Below, one piece after another: positions 25,253 to 40,419 of a stretch of DNA of 64,000 nucleotides. The DNA is from the human T2T-CHM13v2.0 reference genome, Homo sapiens: assembly GCF_009914755.1 (NCBI RefSeq), contig NC_060928.1. One strand, given 5' to 3'. The position numbers and the translations under genes are program-made. The notes under the pieces are model-generated. The model ran no database searches. It was not told the DNA's origin and saw only the letters and a program-made list of their open reading frames with translations. Each line of letters starts with the position of its first letter. Within the stretch, counting starts at the first letter, position 1.

Positions 25253-27634
25253 TCATATGGTTTGGCTCTGTGCCCCCACTCAAGTCATAGTTTGAATTAT
25301 AATTCCCAATGTTGGAGGAGAGACATGGTAGGAGGTGATTGGATTATGGGGGCAGACTTCCCCTTGCTGCTCTGAGGATAGTGAGTGAGTTCTCATGAGA
25401 TCTGGTTGTTTAAAAGTGTGTAGCACTTCTCCCCTTCACTCTCTCTGTCTCCTGCTCTGCCATGTAAGGATTGTGCCTGCTTCCCCTTTGCCTTCTGCTA
25501 TGATTGTAAGTTCCCTGAGGCCTCCCCAGCCATGCTTCCTGTATAGCCTGCAGAACTGTGAGTTAATTAAACCTCTTTTCTCCATAAATTACCCAGTCTC
25601 AGATATGTCTTTACAGCAGTATGAGAATAAACTAATACAGAAAATTAGGATCAGAGAAGTGGGGCATTGCTATAAAGATACCTAAAAATATGGAAGCCAG
25701 TTTGGAACTGGGTAATGGGCAGAGGTTGGAACAGTTTGGCGAGATTAGAGGAAGACAAGAAGATGAGGGAAAGTTTTGAACTTCCTAGAGACTTATTGAC
25801 AATTGTGACCAAAAATGCTGATAGTGATATGAACAGAGATGGCCAGGCTATTGAGGTCTCAGATAGAAATGAGGAACTAATTGGAAACTGGAGTAAAGTC
25901 ACACTTGCTATAATTTAGCAGAGAGACTGGCAGCATTGTGCCCCTGCTCTAAAGATCTGTGGAATGTTGAGAGAGATGATTAGGGATCTTGTGGAATAAA
26001 TTTCTATGCAGCAAAATGTTCAAGGTGTAAACTTGCTGCTTCTAACAGTATATATTCATATCTGTTCACAAAGTGATGATCTAAAATTGCAATATATTTA
26101 AAAGGGAAGAAGAGCATAAAATATTGGAAAATTTGCAGCTTGACCATGCAATAGAAAAGAAAAACCCATTTTCTGGGAAGGAATTCAAGGCTGCAGAAAT
26201 TTGCATCATTGAAAAAAAGTGAAATGTTAATAGCCAAGACAATGGAGAAAATGCCTCCAGGGCATTTCAGAGACCTTCATGGGAGCCCCTCCCATCACAG
26301 GCCTGGAGACCTAGGAGGGAGAAATGTTTTTTTGAGCCAGGCCCAGGGCCACGCTGCTCTGTGTAGCCTTGGGACATGGCACTCTGCATCCCAGCTGCTC
26401 CAGCTTCAGCTGTGCCTAAAAGGGGCCAAGGTAAAGCTCAGGCCATTGCTTCAGATGGTGGAAGCCTCAAGCCTTTGCAGCTTCCACATCGTTTGGAGCC
26501 TGTGGTTGCACAGAAGGCAAGAGTTCAGGTTTGGAAGCCTCCACCTAGATTTCAGAGGATGTATGGAAACATCCAGGCAGAAGTCTGTTGCAGGGGTGGA
26601 ACCCTCATGGAGAACCTCTACTAGGTCAGTAGAGAGGTAAAATAGAGCATTGGAGCCCCTACACAGAGTCTCTGCTGGGGCACTTTTTAGTAGAGCTGTG
26701 AGAAGAGGGCCACCATTCTCCAGACCCCAGAATAATAGATCAACTGACAGCTTGCAATGTGCACCTGGAAAAACCACAGACACTCAGCATCAACCCACGA
26801 AATCAGCAGTAGGGTCTGTAACCTGCAGAGCCCATGGGAAGAGCTGCTCAAGGCTTTGAAATCCCACTACTTGCATCAGTGTGGCATGCATGTGAGACAT
26901 GGAGTCAAATGAGATTATTTTGGAACGGTAGAATTTAATGACTGCCCTACTGGGTATTGGACTTGCATGGGACCTTTAGCCCCTTTGTTCTGCCTGATCT
27001 CTCCCTTTGGAATGGGGCTATTTACTCAATGCCTGTACCCACATTATATCTTTGAAATGACTAACTTGTTTTTGATATTACATGCTCATAGATGGAAGGA
27101 CTTGCCTTGTCTCAGATGAGACATTAGCTTGGACTTTTGAGTTAATGCTGAATGAGTTAAGAGTTTGGGGGACTATTTGGAATGCACAATTGTGTTTTGA
27201 AATGTGAGAAGGATATGAGATTTAAGAGGAGCCAGAGGCAAAATGATATGGTTTGGCTCTATGTCCCCACCCAAATCGCATGTTGAATTGTACTTTCCAA
27301 TGTAGGGAGAGGGACCTGGTGGGAGGTGATTGGATCATGCATTGGGGAGGGGATTTTCCCCTTGCTGTTTTCATGATAATGAGTCAGTTCTTACAAGATC
27401 TGATTGTTTAAAAGTGTGTAGCACTTCCCCCTTTGCTCTCTCTTCTGCTGCAAAATGTAAAGACTGTGCCTTTTTTTCCTTCACTTTCTGCCATGATTGT
27501 AAGTTTTCTGAGGCCCTGCAAAGCATACCTCCTTTACAGCCTGTAGAACTGCCTGAGTCAATTAAACCTCTTTTCTCCATAAACTACCAAGACTCAGGTA
27601 TGTTTTTATAGCAGTGTGAGAATGGGTTAATACA
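25253..27634 (+). mobile_element. Complete MaLR (MSTA) element: LTR 25253-25639, internal 25640-27243, LTR 27244-27634
   Basis: Two direct LTRs ending aataca, MST internal sequence between them, and a perfect TSD ctccc (25248-25252 and 27635-27639). Confidence 0.93.
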
Positions 27635-28134
27635 CTCCCCATCCAACTCCTTTTTATTGGGTCACTGCCAAAATCTGATGAAGACAGATCCAGGTTAAAA
27701 AAAAATCAAAGTCTTTGAATTAAGAGAAAATTCCAAATCAAATATGTCTTTAAAAACTTACTAAATTTCCCAGGAAGTACAGTATACACATTTTTGAGTG
27801 TACTACTCTATAATATAAAACTATCATGATGTAGTGTTTGATACTAGCATGTTTCTCTTTTGAAACACTTAAGCAAGCATGAAAATTTCATCTGGTGGCA
27901 TTTTCTTTTCTATTGCCTTCATCTTTTTCTTAGATAATATTTTAAGCTAATTTTCATTTGTGTAAATTTTGTTTTACTTTTTTATTCTATGATGTTTAAG
28001 AAAATGCACCACATACTTCCACGCAGCATGAAAGATGTCATTCACTTCTCTGTGAGACTGAAAGACAGTGTTAACGGTCTTTTATTCTTGTCTCTCTGTG
28101 CTTTATACCAACCTGCAAAGACTCACTTTCAAAT

Positions 28135-29170
28135 ATAAACTTTACTTTAGACTCGTTTAAAAATATATAGAAAAACTATAGACACGACACTACAAAGTTC
28201 TCATATGCCCAACACTCAATTTTCCCTTATTATTAGTACCTGTTTTTACTATGGTACATTTGTCACAATTAATAAACCAATATTGATAGATCATTATAAC
28301 TAAAGTCCACACTTTTAAAAGATTTTCATGAGTTTTACCTAATGTCCTTTGCTGGCCCAGAATCCCATCCTGCATATTGTATTACATTTAGTAGTCACGT
28401 CTCTTTAGGATCTTCAGGCTACTCCATATTGTCACAGTTTCTCAAACAATTACTCTTTTTGATAACCTTGACAGTTTCAAGGAATACTGGTCAGGTATTT
28501 TGTAGAATCCTCCTCAGCTGGACTTTTTCTGAATTTTTTCCACAATTGCCCTGGAGTTAATAATCTGGGGGGGGCAAGACCACAGAAGAAAAGTGCCATT
28601 CTCATCACAGTATATCAAGCTACATATTATCAACATGACTTATCACTGTGGGTGTTAAATTTGATTGCCTGGTTCAGATAGTGTTTGTGAGATTTTTTTC
28701 ACTATAAAGTTACACTTTTTCCCATTTCATAATATAGTCTTTGGAAGGAAGTAATTATGCACAGCCTACACTTAAGATATGGGGAATTATACTCCACTTA
28801 CTTGAGTTGGATTATCCACATCAAGTATTTGAAATTTTTCTGCATGAAAGATTTGTCTATTTTCTCTATTTATTTCTTTATTTAAACATTGGCTTATATT
28901 AGTATGGCCTTATGGACATTTTTGTTCTGGTTTGGATTATAATCAGATACTACTTTGTATATTTTGTTGCTCATATTATTTCAGTTCTTGGTATTGGGAG
29001 CACTTTCAGCTGGCTCCTGTGTCTGTCTGAAATCTTTAACATACCCCATGTGTGCATGTTTGTGCGTATATTTGAGCATTTCTTTACTTTTTAGCATTAC
29101 AAAATTCTCTGAGCTTATTTTGTATAATTCCTACCCTAGCTTTCAATTAGTCATTTCTTTAAGGATCCCT
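28135..29170 (-). mobile_element. L1MC-type 3'UTR
   Basis: ggtacatttgtcacaattaataaaccaatattga and aagtgccattctcatcac, characteristic of L1MC. Confidence 0.7.
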
Positions 29171-29742
29171 GGTTTAATATTGAACATTGGTTCTTTTTAT
29201 CTGATTGCATCTATTTCCTGTTGGCATCAGAGTCTCAGTGATTATACTAACAAACTAAAGATAATATAAGTCACATATCTCTCATTCTGAGTAAATGCAT
29301 GTTTGTGTTTTCTAAGTTAAATGCTTGTGTGTTTTGATCGTATCTCTCAGAGGCAGCCCTGAAGGCAGTAGATTTAGAAAAAGAATAATAAAAATATTAA
29401 AGACTAGGCCCTGACTTAATAGTTACAGCAAAATTTTGGTTATTTTAAATAACTTCATTTGAAAAAATAAAAGTTAGATTGTATATAACCTCTAAGTTGT
29501 TGCTTTGTGCACATCAAAACACATATCTCTTTAAATACATGTAAATCTGTAAGTGTGAAGATATGCCTTCAAATAATACTGATCTATGGGTTTTTTGTCC
29601 ATTAGAACAGAAAAGAATTAAAATCAAATCTGTAATAATTTATATTGTATTTGGCATTTTATTAGTAGGATATTTTTTGTTACTATACTTGAATAATTTT
29701 AATAGAAAAATAAGGGTATATCTTGTTATTGCATTTCTATGG

Positions 29743-30129
29743 TATATTAGTCTGTTCCAACATTGGTATAAAGAAATACCAGAGACTGGGTAATTTACAA
29801 AGAAAAGAGGTTCAATTGGCTCATGGTTCCACAGTTTGCTTGGGAAACACAGTGGCATCTGCTTCTGGGGAGGCCTCAGAAACCTTACAATCATGGCAGA
29901 AAGTGAAAGGGAAACTGGCATGGCTGGAGCAGGAGGCAGATAGAGCAAGTGAAGGCGGAAATGCAACACACTTTTAAACAACCAGACCTTGTGATAAATC
30001 TATCATAAGAACAGCAATCGGGAAGTTTACACACATGATTCAATCAGCTCCCACCAGGCTCCTTCTCTAACACTGAGTATTACAATCCGACATGAGATTT
30101 GGGTGGGGACACAGAGCTAAACCATATCA
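29743..30129 (-). mobile_element. MaLR solo LTR (MSTA-like)
   Basis: tatattagtc...gagactgggtaatttac...aaaccatatca. Confidence 0.85.
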
Positions 30130-30519
30130 TGTGTCTTATAAATTGCATTTTTATATTTCTCACTTATTTAAGTCTCATTTTTTAAAAAAATTGATCTTAA
30201 GAGAACAGTGTATTTCTTAAATTTCTGTTTGAGACTATGTAAACTTGGAAATTGGTATAGAAAATATAAGGTAGATTTCAAGTTGGATAGAAGTTTTCTA
30301 ATTTAGAATATTTCTATTTTTCTTCTGTAGGAATGGAAAATCAAAATCTATATTAACAATACTATAATTAAGCAATAAGTTGATTTTAGCTAAACATGTG
30401 TCATGAATCAAAGAATATTTTGTACTAGCCAGCACAACCTAGCTAAAAGAATGTTATTTATTATGTGAAATAGAACAGTTTTGACAATAGTAGTTAGACA
30501 CCTATCTTCTGACTGATTC

Positions 30520-31195
30520 TTTCTTCAGTGATATGTAATTCACATATAATATTCACATTTACCAAAAAGTACAATTCAATGCTTTTTGCTGTACTCATAA
30601 AACTGCTTAACCAATGTCATTAGGTAATTTGAGGACATTTCTTAACCCCCTAATAACCCCATGCCCATTAGCAGTTACTTTATATTCTGCCCTCCTTTCA
30701 GCTCCTGGCAACCACTGATCTATTTTTGACTCCATGGATTTGCCTATTCTAGACATTTCATACTAATGGAATCATACAATATGTGGCCTTTTGTGTCTGT
30801 TTTCTTTCACTCGGCATAACATTTTCAAAATACATCCATGTTGTAGCATGAATCAATACCTTATTCTTTTTTCTGGTTGAATGAGGTTCTGTTGCATGGA
30901 TATACCATTTTGTTTATTTGTTTATTAGTTGATGGACATCGGGTTGTTTCCACCTTTTGGCTATTATGAGTAATGTTATGAATGCTCAGTACAAATTTTT
31001 GTGTGCTCAATATCTGTTCAATTCTCTTGGCTATATGTCTAGGAGTGGAATTGCTTAGTAATAAGGTATCTCTATAAGTAATTTCTTGAGGAATTGTCAA
31101 GCTGCTTTTTGGAACAACTGAAACATTTTACATTGTCATCAGCAAGCTATGATAATTCCAATTTCTTTACATCCTTGTCAACACTTGTTATTATT
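30520..31195 (-). mobile_element. L1MB/L1ME 3' end
   Basis: ctggcaaccactgatct...gatttgcctattctagacatttcat...aatggaatcatacaatatgtgg. Confidence 0.75.
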
Positions 31196-32799
31196 TAAAA
31201 GACATAATGTAAATTCTGTGTTTTTACTATACCCACTTTATAGATGAAAACATTGAGTTTGTTACCAAGTGTTAATATTTTCTACATAAAGTTTCCAGTA
31301 GAACTGTACTAGAAAGAATATAAATATATATATTTGATAACTATATTATATAACATTATTTTCAAATTGTTACTATGGGTAGTTAAAACATTTTCCTTGA
31401 AATTATTTAACCTTATGTATATGCTGATAGACATTTTTCTTCAAAAGTATTGAATGGGTTGTATAAATTAATATACAATCTGTAATAGTTAAATCAGAAA
31501 GGATACATTTTAACTTTTTAGATTTCAGTTTAGATGTTCTTGGGAGATAATACTTTTAAAAAATGGCTCCCAGTGATATTCTGAAAATATTCTCCAGAAG
31601 GGGGGCTCTAAAATATAAGGACAGAGTTTGATTTTGTGATGTAAGCATTGGCAGAAAAAAGTCTCCCTGGTGAGCAATTTTAACTTAGCTCACTAGGTAT
31701 AGAGATGAGAGTTTGTTTCTGAAAAAAAAGTTACTCAAAATTACTGTAATAATTGAATATCTACTGACTTATTTGTAATGGTAGAATTAAATCATATTAT
31801 CATATAATGGAAGCTGTGACAAAAATTTTCCTTGGATGTACTTGCACTTAATTTCTTTGTGTCGTTTTTTCCAATACTTTGAATTTCCTTCTATTGTAAA
31901 TCAGGCCTTGTAATAATGATTAATGGTAAATTTTGCAAGGAAATAATTGTAACATTTTAAATAAAGTCTAAAGGGGAAAGTTAAACCTTTTAGCATTATG
32001 ATAATCATACCCCGTTATATTAACACTTTCCCAGTCTAATATTCATACTTGTCCTTACCAGAAACATCTAAGATCTGTAAAGTAAGCAAAACCTTTCAGT
32101 AAGCAAAAAAGATTATAAACTGCTTGCAACGAAACTCATGTACTTTATTTAGACAGCTTCACAGACCTTAGTTTGAGTTTGGTATACTTTATAACTTCAT
32201 TGATTCAATAAATGTCTGCTTGGTGCCATTAAGGTAGTGATAAATTGTGACAAACAAGTTTCTTTTTCAGGTGTCAGGTAAAAGCAGTGGCTGCATAGAA
32301 GGGCATGTTATAAAAAATACTAATTCTGTACCCTAGCCCCATTGGAAAAGAATGATAAATACATAGCAGATGTGCAGGATAATGAACCTACTTGCTTGCC
32401 AGATATTTTCAAATCCGGATATGTGGAAAACAGGGCATGGAAATTAAGCAAAACATCTTTCTTTCCTTTAGGGAATTTATAATCGAACAGGTAGAGATAA
32501 ATAATTTAAAATATTGTGCAAATAATTAGAGAATAAAAATATAACTGCTATAAAATAGGTCCATAGAAAATGTTTCGTGGACTCAAAGAAAGAAAGAAAG
32601 ATAAAGTCCTAGGTATATGTTAAGCTTGTTTAGAATGTTACACTACATATGTTTTCCTATATATTATCTCACTGAAGTCTCACAAGACTTAAGTCTAGGT
32701 GTAGAATTTATGATTCCCAACTTACGAGAGGAGAAGCTGCTCAGAGGGTTAAATGACTTGCCCTAATTCACAATTAATGATTCTTTTATTTTGTTTTAA

Positions 32800-33430
32800 T
32801 TAAGAACCACTTCATCCTGCCATAACCTCAAGGCACAAACTTTGGATTTGCACTTAATTCCACATCTATTTTTCATAAATGGTCAGGTGATTATTTGTGA
32901 TTATTTTCCTGCATCTATTAGCTGAATTATTTCAATAGAGAGGTATTTTCCTCATTAATTATATTGTTATCTAAAAATTAGTGATAGGAAAGGCAGAATA
33001 AATATTTAATTATTTTAATCCAGTTATCAGTTTTCAAAATAATGAGATAATTTTCTTGCATCCACTAAAGGTAATCAATGAATTTTTCTTTTGTCATATC
33101 ATCATAAACTCATGGATATAAACATATTGATAGATTTCAGTTCATTACAGTTAAATTATGCTTACCAGTGCTTAAATTGTCCCATGTTCACTCACTAGAA
33201 ACCTAATTAAATTGGTTCCTTCTGATATGATCTCAGTATTCTTGGATGGATACTCTTTGGGCTAATCTGATCTATTTCCTACCTCAGAATTGGAATCAGC
33301 CATTTCTTCAAGGAGACCTAAATTGGTGTAATGTAAAATAGTATTTAGAGCTACAATGTAAGAACTAGGAATACTCATTTCTATTGAATTAGTCATTGCT
33401 TTTAAACTTTTTCAATGAACAAAGAGGAAA
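32800..33430 (-). mobile_element. L1MC-type fragment
   Basis: ggaatcagccatttcttcaaggag and other L1MC 3'UTR-like text. Confidence 0.5.
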
Positions 33431-34629
33431 ATATTTTAAAATTACTCTTCTTTTTCTTAAACTTATTTTGACTACCAATTATGAACAAAGAAACTGAAAC
33501 ACAGAAATGTTAGGTGAGCTCTGAGACACATTTGAATTTAGGATTTGAATCCACAAAATGACTCCACAGGACCAACTGCCAAATTGCCACTATAATATGG
33601 GACAATGTTTCTCTAAATATATTATATGTACTACTTGTAAATACAAGATGAGATGGGTTTAAGCAAAGAAGAAATACGTGTCTCTGTGTGTATTTGTTTA
33701 CTTAATAATTACATACTTTATATTAGAAAAAAATCAAAGCCATGATTTAATCAATATTGTTGCCAAAAATCAATTTAAGAAACAAAAGCAATATAAGGTG
33801 TATTTAAAAAGTAAATAATAGTATGTATATGTGATATTCAGATTGGTAAATATTGGGAGGGTGACATTAGAATAATTGAAATTTTGAAAATTCTATGGTT
33901 TATTTTAATTAAAAGTAAGTAGTGTTATTTAACTGAAAAGAAATATGGTTAATTGAGAACTGGGTGACAAAACTTTAAAAATAGATTAGATTAAGAAAGT
34001 GGATAATAACAATACCAATACTAATAATTTCTTTAGGTCAGGTACATGCTAAATATCATACCTAGATTATCTCTAATTGCAGCCTAACTATAGGGAGTTT
34101 ATTTACCCTGCTTACTTTTCAGGAAGTTGAGGTTTAAAGAATATTTGAATTCCAAATAAAGTATGGATGTTAGAATTTACTCAGATGTGAATGCATATAC
34201 ATTGGGAGATAATTCATTACAAGGTGGGTACATGATATCTGCTTAAGGAAAATTATTCTGTAGGCTATGTGCTGGTTCAATAGAATATAAGGCATCTATT
34301 CTTGATCTATTTAACCATGATTTTTACAATTATTCATCTAGTCAGTCATTTTTGTAAAAATATTTGTTGAGTGGATACAATATTGCATAGCAAACCTGTG
34401 CCAGTGGTAATAAAAGGCAAACATGTTCCCGTCTCTTATTGACTTTATAATCAAGTGAGACAAGAGATGATATTCAATAAAATATGAATATGTGGATGTA
34501 GCTCAATGTGGAAATATGTGGCAAGGTTTATACTGACTTTAAAAAAAAGTATATATTAATTTTGGAAAATCAGGAAAACATTAAACTTGAAGAGATTAAA
34601 AATTCCATAATTCTACCATCTTGTGATAC

Positions 34630-37600
34630 CTCACTCAGATAGTGATCATAGTCCCCAGTAGGTAGTTTTTTCACCCATGCCTCACTTCCTTCCTCCCCCA
34701 TCTAGTCTGCAGCGTCTTTTGTTCCCATGTGAATGTCCATATGTGCTAAATGTTTGGCTCCAAATTATAAGAGAGAACATGTGGTATTTGATTTTCTGTT
34801 CCTGCATAAGTTTGCTCAGGATTATTGCCTCTAGCTGCATCCATGTTGCTGCAAAGGACATGACTTTGTTCTTTTTTATGGCTGTGTAGTATTCTATGGT
34901 GTATATATATACACCACATTTTTAAACACAGTCCATTGTTGATGGGCACCTAGGTTGATTTTGGGTCTTTGCTGTTGTGAATAGTGTGGCAATGAACATA
35001 CATGTGCCTGTATCTTTTTTGGTAGAATGATTTATTTTCCTTTAGATATACACCCAGTAATGAGATTGCTGGGTTGAATGGTAGCTTTGTTTTAAGTTCT
35101 TGCATTCCTACCCAGTGTGTATGAGTGTTCTCTTTCCTCCACAGCCTTGATACTATCTGCATTTTTTTTTTTACTTTTTAATAACAGCCATTCTGAGTGC
35201 TGTCAGATGGTATCTCATTGTGGTTTTGAATTGCATTTCTCTGATGATTAGTGATGTTAAGCATTTTTTTCATATGCTTGTTGGCCACTTGTAATTTGTT
35301 GAGGGTTTTTATTATTAAGGGATGTTGGATTTTATTGAAAGCTTTTACTGCATCTATTGAGATAATCATATTGTGTGTGCTTTTAATTCTACTTATGTGG
35401 TAAATCATGTTTATTGATTTGCATATTTTGAACCATCCTTGCATCCCAGGCATACAGCCTACTTGATTGTGATGTATTAACTTTTTGATGTGCTGCTGGC
35501 TTTGTGTTTTTTGTTGCTGTTTGTTTGTTTTGTTGTTGTTGTTTTAAGTCAGTCTTGCTCTGTTGCCCAGGCTCTAGTACAGTGGAATAACCACAGCTCA
35601 CCGCAACCTCCACCGCCTGGCTCAAGCAATTCTCCCACAATAGCCTCCTGAGTAGCTGGAACTACAAGCATGTACCACCACTCCTAGGTAATACTTTGTA
35701 TTATTTTAGGTAGAGGCGGGGTTTCACCTTTTGCCCAGGCTGGCTCAAATTCAAGGACTCAGTTCACATGGTTTAGGACTATTTTTGGCTTATAGCTTTC
35801 TATTACTAGTGTAATAAACTGCAGAATTGATACTATTCAAGGTTTCAATCTCTTTCTGGCTTAATCTTGGAAGAGTGTGTATTTCCAGGAATATATCCAT
35901 TTCCTCTAGATTTCCTAATTTGTGTGCATAGAGTTGTTCATAGTATTCTCTGAGAATCTGTTGTATTCCTGTGTTATCAATTGTAATGTCATCTTTGTCA
36001 CTTCTAATTGTACATATTTTGATCTTCTCTTTTTTTTCTTTGTTAATCTAGTAGTAATCGATCAATGTTGTTTGTTTTTAGAAGAATCAATTCGTGGTTT
36101 CATTGATCTTTTGTAAGAATTTTTGCATCTTAATTTTATCCACCTCTTTTTCAATTTTAGTTATGTCCTTTCTCCTGCTAGCATTGGGGTTGGTTTCGTC
36201 TTTTTAACTTCGTTTCTCTAGTTGGAAAGTTAGATTGTTAATTTAAGATCTTTATAAATTCCTGATAAAGGCATTTAGGTCCATAAAACTTTCCTCTTAA
36301 CACTGCTTTGGGTGCATCCCAGAGATTTTTGGTAAGTTGTATTCCTATCTTCATTCATTTCAAATAATTTTTTAATCTTTCACTTAATTGTAATGTTCAC
36401 CCAGGAGTTATTCAGGAGCAAGTTGTTTAATTTCCATGTATTTGTGTAGTTTTGAGAGGTCTTGATATTGATTTATATTTTTATTGTACTGTTGTCTGAG
36501 AGTGTGCTTGGTATGATTTCAACTTTTTAAATTTGTTGAGACTTGTTTTATGACTAAGTATGTGGTTGATCCTAGATCTTAGACTACGTTCTATGTACAA
36601 ATGAGAAGGATGTGCATTCTGTGGTTGTTGAGTGAAGTGTTCTTTAGACACCTATTAGATCTAATTGACCAAGTGTCAAATATAATTCCAGGATTTCTTT
36701 GATAGTTTTCTGCCTTGTTGATCTAACTCTGTCAGAGAGGTGTTGAAGGTTCCCACTATTGTTGTGTGGTTGTCTAAGTCTTTTCATATTAAGAAGAACT
36801 TGTTTTATGATTCTGGGTACTCCAATGTTCAGCTTGTATATATTTAGGATAGTTAAGCCTTCTTGTTGGATTTTACTTTTTATTATTATGTAATGCCCTT
36901 CATTGTATTCCTTAATTTTTATTGGTTTAAAGTCTGTTTTATCTGATACAGGAGTAGTGACTGCTGCTGTCTTTTCCCATTTGAATGGTAGATCTTTCTT
37001 CATTCCTTTACTTTGAACCTGTGGGTATTATTGTACATGAGATGAGTCTCTTGAAAAAAATCAGATAGTTTTGTTTTGTTTTATTATCCAGCCTTTCATT
37101 CTGTGTCTTTTAAGAGGGGGCATTTAGCATACTTAAATTAAGGTTAGTATGGATATATGTGATTATGATCCTGTCATCACTGATAGCTGGTTTTTATGTT
37201 GACTTGATTATGTAGGTGCTTTATAGTGCCTCTGGGCTATGTGCTTAAGTGTGTTTTTGTGGTAGGTGTCATTCTTTTGAGTTCATATTTAACACTCTCT
37301 TAATGTCTTCTTATAAGGCTGGTCTACTTGAAACAATTTCTCTCGTGTTTGCTTGTCTGAAAAGGGTATTATTTCTCCTTTCCTTATGAAGCTTAGTTTG
37401 ATGGGATATGAAATTATTGGTTGGAATTAGTTTTATTTAAGGGCACTAAAAATAGGCCCCCAATCTCTTCTGGCTTGTAAGGTTTCTGATGAGAGGTCTG
37501 CTGCTAGCTTAATGGGGTTCCTTCTGTACATAACTTTGCCCTTACCTCTAGCTGCCTTTAAGATTTTTTCTTTTGCATTGATCTTGGTGAATCTGAAAAT

Positions 37601-38120
37601 TATGTGCTTTGAGGATGGAGATCTTTTATAATATCTAGTTTGGTTTCTCTAATTTTCTTGAATTTGCCTGTCAAACTCTTTAGTGAGATTAGAGAAGTTT
37701 TTGTGGACTATATTCTCAAATATATTTTCCAAGTTGCTTATTCTCTCCTGTCTCAGGAATGCCCATGAGTCACAGATTTGGTCTCTACATAATCCCATAC
37801 TTCTTGGAGGTTTTGTTTATTTTTTAAAAAATTATTTTCTTTAGTTTTGTATGGCAAAGTTGATTACAGAACTGATCTTCTAGCTCTGAGATTGTTCCCT
37901 CAGATTGGTCTATTCTGCTGTTAAACCTCTTGAATGTACTATGAAACTCTTGTGAATTGGTCCTGGATTTTGTCAAATGTTTTCTTCATCTATTGATATA
38001 ATCATGTAATTTTTCTTCTTTAGCCTGTTGATGTGATGGATTATACTGATTGATTTTTGAATGTTGAACTAGCCTTGCATATCTAGTATAAATGCTACTT
38101 GGTTTTGCTATACAATTTAC
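34630..38120 (-). mobile_element. Internally deleted old primate L1 (L1PB/L1MA-type): ORF1 C-terminus, ORF2 EN, joined pieces and 3'UTR
   Basis: ORF pieces SDKTDFKP...EGHYIIIK and [14 protein letters not shown]...; ORF1-like aaccccattaagctagcagcagacc at ~37500; 3'UTR at 34630-34900. Confidence 0.8.
35505..35760 (-). mobile_element. Old truncated Alu (AluJ-like)
   Basis: gtcttgctctgttgcccaggct...cacagctcaccgcaacc...tcaagcaattctccc, with a (TTG)n-type tail. Confidence 0.8.
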
Positions 38121-39366
38121 GTATACATTAGAAATGGTTGAAAATTTTTACTTCCTTAAGGAACTGCTGGATTTTCATTTTGGCTGCTGACTCTCTTATA
38201 TTCATGACCAGAACTTCTTTTTAAGAGTAAAATAGAAGACAAATTCACTGTTTCTTTAGTTTAGTTTTTGTTCTTTTTATTCATTCTCACATATCTCTGA
38301 TTTATCCATGTTGAATCTATTGTCCTCTCTTCTTATTTGGTTTCCTTTTTCTTATACCTGGACATCCCTGTTGGACCAGCCTAGTGCCATTCCCTGGAAT
38401 CCTCTGGCAGGTAAATCTACAAATAGACACAGATGCCCATGCTTAGGCTAAGCATTGATGAAACAACTCTACTTCAAATATGAAGGGTCTCAAAATTTGT
38501 AACCATACTCAAAATCCCCAAAATTATTTTAGTATAATCTTTTCAAATTATAAAAAGAGAATCCTCTAACAGCATTGTTTTTGATCATAAGAATACAAAG
38601 GAAAAAATATTCATTTAACATGAATACATGTAGAGCTTCTTACTTAACTTGGGGAGAATTCATAAATACACGTACGGAATAGAAACCCCAAATAGGAGAA
38701 ATCCACAAATTTCATGTTTATATAGACATTATGTCAAGAAAATAGGTTTTCTGTCCCACCAATTATTGGTTTATTTCAGTTTAATTCTTTCTGTAATTCT
38801 AGGAAGATATTTTCACTCTAAGTGTAGTGTTCAGAGAATTCAAAATTGCACAGTTGACCTCTTGGGTTCATTTTCTTGAATACTGTGTCAGCGTGGACTG
38901 GAATAATAAATGCCTGTGTTAATGCTTTTAATCTCTTTCTTAATGTGATTTAAATGCATCCGGTTTATATTGGAATAAAAACGTGTCACTCACAATTGAG
39001 TTTGTCATTCTGCAAATGCAGCTTGGGTGCTATTCAATTTCAAGTGAAAACAATCCCAGCTCTTCTGGGCACAAAGAGACAGCTTGCCCTCTTGTAACCA
39101 TGGAGATGTACCTCAAGTTGAGAACTTTAACTCATGTGCTTCATATCAGAAGAAAATAGCTTTGGGAAGATCACAGAATTCACATTTCAGCCTATTTGGA
39201 GCAAAGTGTTAGATAATGTGCACCCAAGATTCACACACTCCAGATTTAGCTCTGGTACTTGATACTTTATGTCAACTCTACTCAAAATCAGTATAAAACA
39301 AAAGCAAAGCAATTGAACAGTTATAGAATAATTGGGAGACAGTTAAAAGATAGTTTATTTCTTTAA

Positions 39367-39766
<400 letters not shown>

Positions 39767-39849
39767 TATTTCCTCTGATTCTATAGTCCATTAGAGCTTT
39801 CATCCTTCCTTCCATGCTTCTTTCCATTGATTCGCTTGATTCATTTACA

Positions 39850-40159
<310 letters not shown>

Positions 40160-40419
40160 TAAAAAAATACTTTTAAACAAAGTCCTTTTCATTTGTTACA
40201 AGTCAGTACATGAGCTCACCCTTGTATCCATTTTTCCTTCTTCCTGCCTTTTTACGTTGCATTATCTATTGCTTCTGCTTGCAGGTCTCTTTGGGCCCGT
40301 TTCGCATATATTCTCCATTCTTATTTATCCTACTCTTCCACTTTTTCTACTTTATTTCTCTACTCTAGTCTCTGCTTATACGGTATATATTTGTCATTAT
40401 TTGACCTCTCCAAATGCCT

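Noticed and set aside
25651-26859. Overlapping ORFs in the MST internal region (also 49985-50705)
   Set aside because: Decayed MaLR internal sequence. Locally higher GC gives longer chance frames, and no continuous ORF remains.
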